DNA from: an uncultured Parachlamydiaceae bacterium
GTDB lineage: Bacteria; Chlamydiota; Chlamydiia; Chlamydiales; Parachlamydiaceae
Reading direction: 5' to 3'
Length of the DNA stretch: 64,000 nt
Assembly (NCBI GenBank): GCA_963742415.1
Contig: CAVULX010000003.1
Span: forward strand, 576,001 to 640,000
The position numbers were made by a program, and so were the translations under genes. Positions 58,525-64,000 of the stretch are shown piece by piece (the first letter of the stretch is position 1; every line of letters starts with the position of its first letter). The notes beneath the pieces were generated by a model. That model was not told the origin of the DNA, did no database searches, and worked only from the letters and a program-made list of their open reading frames with translations.

Positions 58525-59982
58525 TTATTGTTCGTCTTGAGCGAGCGTATACCCTGCAATTCCATTAAAATTGCAAAGATGCTCTGTTTGAATAAAATCG
58601 ATATTTGCATTGGCTAGGCGTTGCAGCAGCTGCACAATCTGCTCATGGGTGATCTTTTTTCCTTTTTGGGAAGACATAAACCTGCACCGCCATGTATCGC
58701 TACAGGTGGTTTCGGGCATTTTTTTGGGCCAGACGCAAACCCCCCGGTTGCTGATCATGGTCAATTTAAGATCCCCATTTTCGATATGTAATAGCTTTTG
58801 ATGAAGTTGATTGACATCCAAGTTGGAATCAATAAACACATCCACGCCAAGAAGTTCCTTAACATTTTCCCCTTTTTTCGAAGCATGTTTAAGGGAGGAA
58901 ACCATCGGCTTTGAAGAGGTGTAGTGGGCTTCTTTTAAAGTTTGCGGCTTCTGGCCAAGCCGGTCTATCACCGCTTGGGCGAATTCTTTGGTTCCCACTT
59001 TGACTTTGCTGACAGGGGGGGTAAAGATGTCGTAGGTGTGGATCCCATCTTCCAAGGTGCGCAGCCACGCATTGTGGATCAGGGCGGCCGTGTCGGTTTG
59101 TTGGATGTGGACGAGCATCATGATGGCCGCTAAAAGAAGCCCCGATGGGTTGGCCAAATTCTGCCCCGCACGCCGTGGGGCGGATCCGTGGATGGCTTCA
59201 AACATCGCGGCATGTTCCCCAATATTTGCAGAACCTGCAAGCCCGACCGATCCGGCTATTTGGGCGGCCACGTCGGAAAGGATATCCCCATATAAATTCG
59301 GCATAACGATAATATCGAATGTTTCCGGGGTGTCGGCCAATTTGGCTGCACCGATATCGACAATCCAGTGCTCATTTTGGATTTCGGGGTAATCGGGGGC
59401 GATTTCGTCGAAAATTTTGTGGAAAAGGCCGTCTGACAATTTAAGGATATTATCTTTTGTAAAACAGGTGACTTTTTTTCGCCCGTTTGCACGGGCGTAT
59501 TCAAAAGCATAGCGGACGATCCTTTCACATCCGGGACGGGTAATGATTTTTAAGGCTTGGTAGACTTCAGACGATTGCCTATATTCAATGCCTGTATAAA
59601 GATCTTCTTCATTTTCTCGAACGATGACCACATCCATGTGGGGGTGTTTGGATTTCACAAAGGGTGCATAGGTCACACAGGGCCTGACATTTGCATAGAG
59701 GCCAAGAGAAGTCCTAATGGTGACATTCAAGCTCTTGAATCCTCCCCCTTGAGGGGTAGTAATTGGAGCTTTTAAGAAAATTTTGTTCCGCCGAATTTCC
59801 TCCCAGGTCGAAGGGGTAATCCCCGTTTTTTCCCCTTGGAGATAAACTTTTTCCCCGATTTCCACTTTTTTTATATCGATATCGGCTTTAGCAGCAGAAA
59901 GAATCCTCAATGTCGCTGCCATGATTTCAGGACCAATTCCATCCCCTTCCGCTACTGTAATAGGAATTTTTTTGTCTGCCAT
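58525..59982 (-). CDS. icd: NADP-dependent isocitrate dehydrogenase
   Basis: GDGIGPEI, KSLNV, RENEEDLY, NLYGDILSD and FEAIHGSAP motifs. Confidence 0.95.
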   Translation of the reverse strand: MADKKIPITVAEGDGIGPEIMAATLRILSAAKADIDIKKVEIGEKVYLQGEKTGITPSTWEEIRRNKIFLKAPITTPQGGGFKSLNVTIRTSLGLYANVRPCVTYAPFVKSKHPHMDVVIVRENEEDLYTGIEYRQSSEVYQALKIITRPGCERIVRYAFEYARANGRKKVTCFTKDNILKLSDGLFHKIFDEIAPDYPEIQNEHWIVDIGAAKLADTPETFDIIVMPNLYGDILSDVAAQIAGSVGLAGSANIGEHAAMFEAIHGSAPRRAGQNLANPSGLLLAAIMMLVHIQQTDTAALIHNAWLRTLEDGIHTYDIFTPPVSKVKVGTKEFAQAVIDRLGQKPQTLKEAHYTSSKPMVSSLKHASKKGENVKELLGVDVFIDSNLDVNQLHQKLLHIENGDLKLTMISNRGVCVWPKKMPETTCSDTWRCRFMSSQKGKKITHEQIVQLLQRLANANIDFIQTEHLCNFNGIAGYTLAQDEQ

Positions 59983-60068
59983 GGGTTCTCTTATGTGATT
60001 CTCTAAGCTTGAGACTAATCGCTTGATCATTTAAAATCCATCATTTAACCCAGAGGGAGTAAGGGAAC

Positions 60069-61049
60069 GTGCAAACGACGATAAAAAGTGTTTTACATGA
60101 CCTGGTGGAGAAAGAAAAAGAGTATTTAAACGATTTTTTTCAAAATATTAATCTCGAGAGTCTTCAAAATTTTGCTAACTTTCTTTCAGATTGCAAGGGA
60201 ACAGTCGTTTTTTCGGGAGTTGGAAAGAGCGGCCTTGTCGCCGAAAAAATAGCGATGACAATGACATCCACAGGGTCGCGCGCTTTTTTTCTGTCCCCTA
60301 TCAATGCTCTCCATGGGGACATAGGAATTCTCTCCAAAGACGATATAGTGGTGATGGTGAGTAAAAGCGGTGAAAGCGATGAGCTTTTGCATTTGATCCC
60401 GTTTATGCGCAATAAAGGGGTCAAAATCGGTGTGATCGTCACCAATCCTAAAAGCCGTTTGGCTAAAGCTGTGGATACTGTCCTTTTGCTGCCGAATGAA
60501 AAAGAATTGTGCCCCTTTGACATGGCGCCGACCACATCGACGGTGATTCAAATGATCATCGGAGATATTTTAGCTATCGCCTTGATGCAAATGAAAAATT
60601 TCTCTCTCGAAGAGTATGCCAAAAATCACCCCTCGGGAAGAATTGGGCGCCGCATCGTGACACGGGTTCAAGATTTGATGATTTCAGGCGAAGGGATCCC
60701 ATTGTGCCGTCCAAAAGATAAGTTGGTAGAGATCCTCGTGGAACTTTCCAATAAACGGTGTGGTTGCATTCTTGTTGCGAATGAGCAGCGGGAATTGCTG
60801 GGAATTTTTACAGACGGCGACCTGCGGCGTGCATTGCAGCGGCATGGGCCAAAAGCGCTGGATCACACAATGGAGGAACTGATGACCCGATCCCCACGCT
60901 GGATCAATTCTCAAGAGCTTGCTTGGGATGCGATGCATTTGATGGAAGCCGATCAAAAGCATCCGATTATGGTGCTAGCTGTGCTGGATGAAGCCAAGAA
61001 AGTCGTTGGTGTCATCAAAATGCACGACATTGTTCAATCCGGCATTTAG
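60069..61049 (+). CDS. kdsD: Arabinose-5-phosphate isomerase (KpsF/GutQ, SIS + CBS)
   Basis: GVGKSG, HGDIG, APTTST, HPSG and TDGDLRR motifs. Confidence 0.93.
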   Translation: MQTTIKSVLHDLVEKEKEYLNDFFQNINLESLQNFANFLSDCKGTVVFSGVGKSGLVAEKIAMTMTSTGSRAFFLSPINALHGDIGILSKDDIVVMVSKSGESDELLHLIPFMRNKGVKIGVIVTNPKSRLAKAVDTVLLLPNEKELCPFDMAPTTSTVIQMIIGDILAIALMQMKNFSLEEYAKNHPSGRIGRRIVTRVQDLMISGEGIPLCRPKDKLVEILVELSNKRCGCILVANEQRELLGIFTDGDLRRALQRHGPKALDHTMEELMTRSPRWINSQELAWDAMHLMEADQKHPIMVLAVLDEAKKVVGVIKMHDIVQSGI

Positions 61050-62284
61050 GACCATAAGGCACTCATAGGTACGGCGACGAGATCTTTACCAAAGGAGTTG
61101 ATTTTATCGCCTGTGTAAATGACAATTCCATAAAGAAAATCTTTGCCCGAATCTTCTTGTAATTTCTTCAATCCTTTAAAATCATGTATCGTAATAGTTT
61201 CGGTATTTTTTATTTCAATTCCGACCATTTTCCCTGAGGTGCTTTCTACAACTAAATCGACTTCTTCCGACCCATCATGTGAACGATAATGATATGTTTT
61301 AGCAATTGTTTGACTCCAGGTCAGTTGTTTAGTCAATTCAATGATCACAAAATTTTCGATAATATGGCCAAGCATATTAGGACTAGACATTAGTCGTTCT
61401 TCATTGAATCCTAAAAGATGTAACAAAATCGCTGTATCAACGAAATAAATTTTAGAAGATTTGACAAGCCGTTTACCCATGTTTCGGTACCATCCGGGCA
61501 AAAATGAAATTAAAAATAAATTTTGAAGAAGTTGAAGATGGCGATGGAGCGTCGTGACAGGAATGCCCACATTTCGTGCTATATCTTTTTCATTCATCAG
61601 GCCTCCTACACGGACAGCAAGCGTTTGTAAGATATTTGGGATGGATCGTAAATTTTCTATCTTTGCAAGATCTGTGATGTCTTTTTGTATCAAAGAAGTA
61701 AGATAGCTGTTACACCAGTCATATTGTGCTCTTTCCCCATTGACTTTCTGCAAATCGGGATACCCCCCTTTTATGACCAATTCTATTAAGTGCTTCTTTG
61801 TTATTCTTTTGAAAGAAGATGAAGGGAGTTTGTTTGAAAATATTGTATCGATAAATGTCTCTTTGTGTCCTAATAATTCTCCTTGGGAAAGAGGCCAAAG
61901 ATTAATAATCTGCATCCTTCCTGCCAGAGAATCACCGATTTTTGGAATCATCAAAGGATTGGCGGATCCTGTTAGAAGATAACGCCCAGATTCACGATTT
62001 TCATCTATATCTTTTTTGATCGGTAGAAAGATTTTTGGGACACTTTGCACTTCATCAAGGATAGCAGGCTTTTTTAAATCATTAACAAAACCGATGGGAT
62101 CGGCATCCGCAGCTCCTTGGGCGAAAAGATCATCAAAAGTGACAAAAGTAAAACCACGATCGTGGCCAATTTCACGGACTAGAGTCGTTTTGCCTGTTTG
62201 ACGGGCGCCTGCAATAAGAACCGCTGGGCTATTTTTCAAGGCTTCTAAAAGACGGCTTAAAATATTTCTCCTATACTTTTTCAT
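61046..62284 (-). CDS. AAA_14/DUF4143 ATP-binding protein
   Basis: GARQTGKT, LDEVQ, LTGSA, SLAGR and EVDL..E..IEIK motifs. Confidence 0.92.
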   Translation of the reverse strand: MKKYRRNILSRLLEALKNSPAVLIAGARQTGKTTLVREIGHDRGFTFVTFDDLFAQGAADADPIGFVNDLKKPAILDEVQSVPKIFLPIKKDIDENRESGRYLLTGSANPLMIPKIGDSLAGRMQIINLWPLSQGELLGHKETFIDTIFSNKLPSSSFKRITKKHLIELVIKGGYPDLQKVNGERAQYDWCNSYLTSLIQKDITDLAKIENLRSIPNILQTLAVRVGGLMNEKDIARNVGIPVTTLHRHLQLLQNLFLISFLPGWYRNMGKRLVKSSKIYFVDTAILLHLLGFNEERLMSSPNMLGHIIENFVIIELTKQLTWSQTIAKTYHYRSHDGSEEVDLVVESTSGKMVGIEIKNTETITIHDFKGLKKLQEDSGKDFLYGIVIYTGDKINSFGKDLVAVPMSALWS

Positions 62285-62401
62285 ACATATCTCCTTCTAA
62301 TGGTTTAAAATAAACCATTAAACGGTGATATTCCACACATTTTTTCATTTTTTCGAAAAATTATGAAAAAAGTTAAATAAAAAAGTAAAACAGACGCAAA
62401 T

Positions 62402-63187
62402 TTAAGTTCGCATCAAGTAGCTATCCCAGCAAGCTTTCTGGTATCGGGCGGCTTCTTCTGCAGGATTCTTCGCCTCGATGATGCTCCTTCCCACGATAGC
62501 GATATCGGATCCATTGCGATGAATCAGCGACTCAGGTGAATTATATTGCTGGCCAAGCGTGTCGCCGCTTTTGCTTAAGCTTACCCCTGGAGTCATGTGA
62601 ATAAAGCTCGGATCTTCTATCAATCTCCTCTGGCAGATAAAGCCGATGACGAATTTGCTATAAGCTTTGGCCATCTCTATAGCTGCCTGCGTGTAATTTC
62701 CGGTCGCCAAGGTCCCTTCAGAGCTCATTTCGGCAAGCAAGACCAACCCTCTTCCAAGGGGAAGCCCCACTTCTTGCAATCCTTTGATAATGCCGGGACC
62801 AGGAACAATGTGGGCGTTGGTGATGTGGGACCAAGAAGCAATTTTATAAATACCGTCCCGATATTGATGTAAGACAGTGTTTCCAATATCGGCAAATTTC
62901 CGGTCTTCAAAAATAACAAATTGGTGTTTTTTAGCCAGCCTCGACAATTCATGCGGGACGCTTTCGTCATAATCGTTGAGGATGTCGATGTGGGTCTTTA
63001 ATACACATATATGTGGTCCAGCGCTTTCAATCAATTGAAAGAGCTGTTTTTTTGAAACCACATCTGCGGCTAAGGCGAGGTTGGATTGTTTATTTTCCAT
63101 AATTTCAAAAAGCATTTTGGCGGCGGGATTTGAGGAGAGCGCTGCCCGTTCGCCAAAGGAAATCTGTTGAGTTGAGGATTTTTTCAT
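62402..63187 (-). CDS. pyrF: Orotidine-5'-phosphate decarboxylase
   Basis: KTHID, FEDRKFADIGNT, LAEMSS, TPG, GQQY and IVGR motifs. Confidence 0.96.
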   Translation of the reverse strand: MKKSSTQQISFGERAALSSNPAAKMLFEIMENKQSNLALAADVVSKKQLFQLIESAGPHICVLKTHIDILNDYDESVPHELSRLAKKHQFVIFEDRKFADIGNTVLHQYRDGIYKIASWSHITNAHIVPGPGIIKGLQEVGLPLGRGLVLLAEMSSEGTLATGNYTQAAIEMAKAYSKFVIGFICQRRLIEDPSFIHMTPGVSLSKSGDTLGQQYNSPESLIHRNGSDIAIVGRSIIEAKNPAEEAARYQKACWDSYLMRT

Positions 63188-63792
63188 ATATTGACCACCT
63201 GATTGGATTGGATAAATTCTTTAACTTTATGAGACATCTCCTTTTCGAGCTTATGGGACGCTTCCAAGGTATGTAAGAGTTCTGTCAGGGTAAAAGCGCT
63301 ATGCAAATTGTAGCCGTGCTTGGCCAGTTTGATTTTCCCCCCTTGTTCACGATCGATCAGAACGGCGACATCTGTGACTTTTAATTTTTCGTTTTCCAAA
63401 GGCTCGATGGTCTCAAAGATGCTCATGCCGCTCGTGATTAAATCTTCGATGATCAAACAATTTTGTCCAGGCTGGTAGGAGCCTTCGATGATCTTTTTCG
63501 TTCCATGTTCTTTTATTTCTTTCCGCCGCATCACCATCGGTTTTTTATGTTCTAGCGAGATGACGGTTGCAAACGGCAAAGCTGTATAAGGAACACCGCA
63601 GACGAGATCAAATTTTAAGGGTTTGATCACATCCCAAAGGACATCAGCGCTTTCTCTTAATATATCAGGATAAGAGACAATCAACCTCAAATCAATATAG
63701 ATAGGGGACAGAATTCCACTTTTCAATTTGTAAGAGCCAAATTTAACCGCGCCAATATCATGCAATTTCAACATCAAACTTTGTTTTTTCAT
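63184..63792 (-). CDS. pyrE: Orotate phosphoribosyltransferase
   Basis: LKSG..SPIYIDLR, RKE.K.HG and IEDLITSG motifs. Confidence 0.96.
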   Translation of the reverse strand: MKKQSLMLKLHDIGAVKFGSYKLKSGILSPIYIDLRLIVSYPDILRESADVLWDVIKPLKFDLVCGVPYTALPFATVISLEHKKPMVMRRKEIKEHGTKKIIEGSYQPGQNCLIIEDLITSGMSIFETIEPLENEKLKVTDVAVLIDREQGGKIKLAKHGYNLHSAFTLTELLHTLEASHKLEKEMSHKVKEFIQSNQVVNI

Positions 63793-64000
63793 TGTTGTCT
63801 CCTATGGTAACGTAAAGCTAAGTAAGGATCCCACATCATGCCGGAGGCTGTCATGGCAATGTCGGCCCCAGCATTAAGAAAGGCTTTGAAATGTTCAGGC
63901 AAGGTGATGCCGCCGCAGCCGATGAGGGCAAGATCCAACTTATGCCTGTCGATAAGGCCTCTGGCTTGTTGTACAAACGTGAGGGCTGCTTCGCGGATGG
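63789..64000 (-). CDS. pyrD: Dihydroorotate dehydrogenase-like protein, C-terminal fragment
   Basis: Manual translation IREAAL...LIGCGGI...AGADIAMTASGMMWDP; TGA overlaps the pyrE ATG. Confidence 0.75.
   Translation of the reverse strand, partial: IREAALTFVQQARGLIDRHKLDLALIGCGGITLPEHFKAFLNAGADIAMTASGMMWDPYLALRYHRRQQ

Noticed and set aside
1-64000. tRNA, rRNA, integrase or intact transposase genes
   Set aside because: None recognised by eye; a tRNAscan/Rfam/ISfinder run would be needed to exclude them

Overview
64 kb of chromosome from an environmental Chlamydiae bacterium (Parachlamydiales/Waddliaceae-like), inferred from gene content and order: secA, lpdA-lipA, uvrD/pcrA, rsmD, mutL-pepP, gmhA-lpxK-symporter, kdsD, icd and pyrD-pyrE-pyrF. 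Accessory content includes an AT-rich island of about 12.5 kb between uvrD and rsmD. It holds an internally deleted RHS polymorphic toxin with three immunity-like genes, a truncated AAA/DUF4143 ATPase, a zeta-like kinase plus 5'-nucleotidase plus degenerate 2H-fold trio, and a frameshifted type IV toxin-antitoxin pair. The window also has a wzc-wza-wza export module, rfbBCD, several candidate effectors and at least three families of palindromic non-coding elements. The strongest lead is 44419-47679, an ankyrin-like protein with a C-terminal domain matching the Legionella SidJ pseudokinase (glutamylase) motif by motif. It keeps the adenylation residues, has changed donor-pocket residues and lacks an IQ motif. 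All family assignments come from motif recognition by eye; no searches were run.
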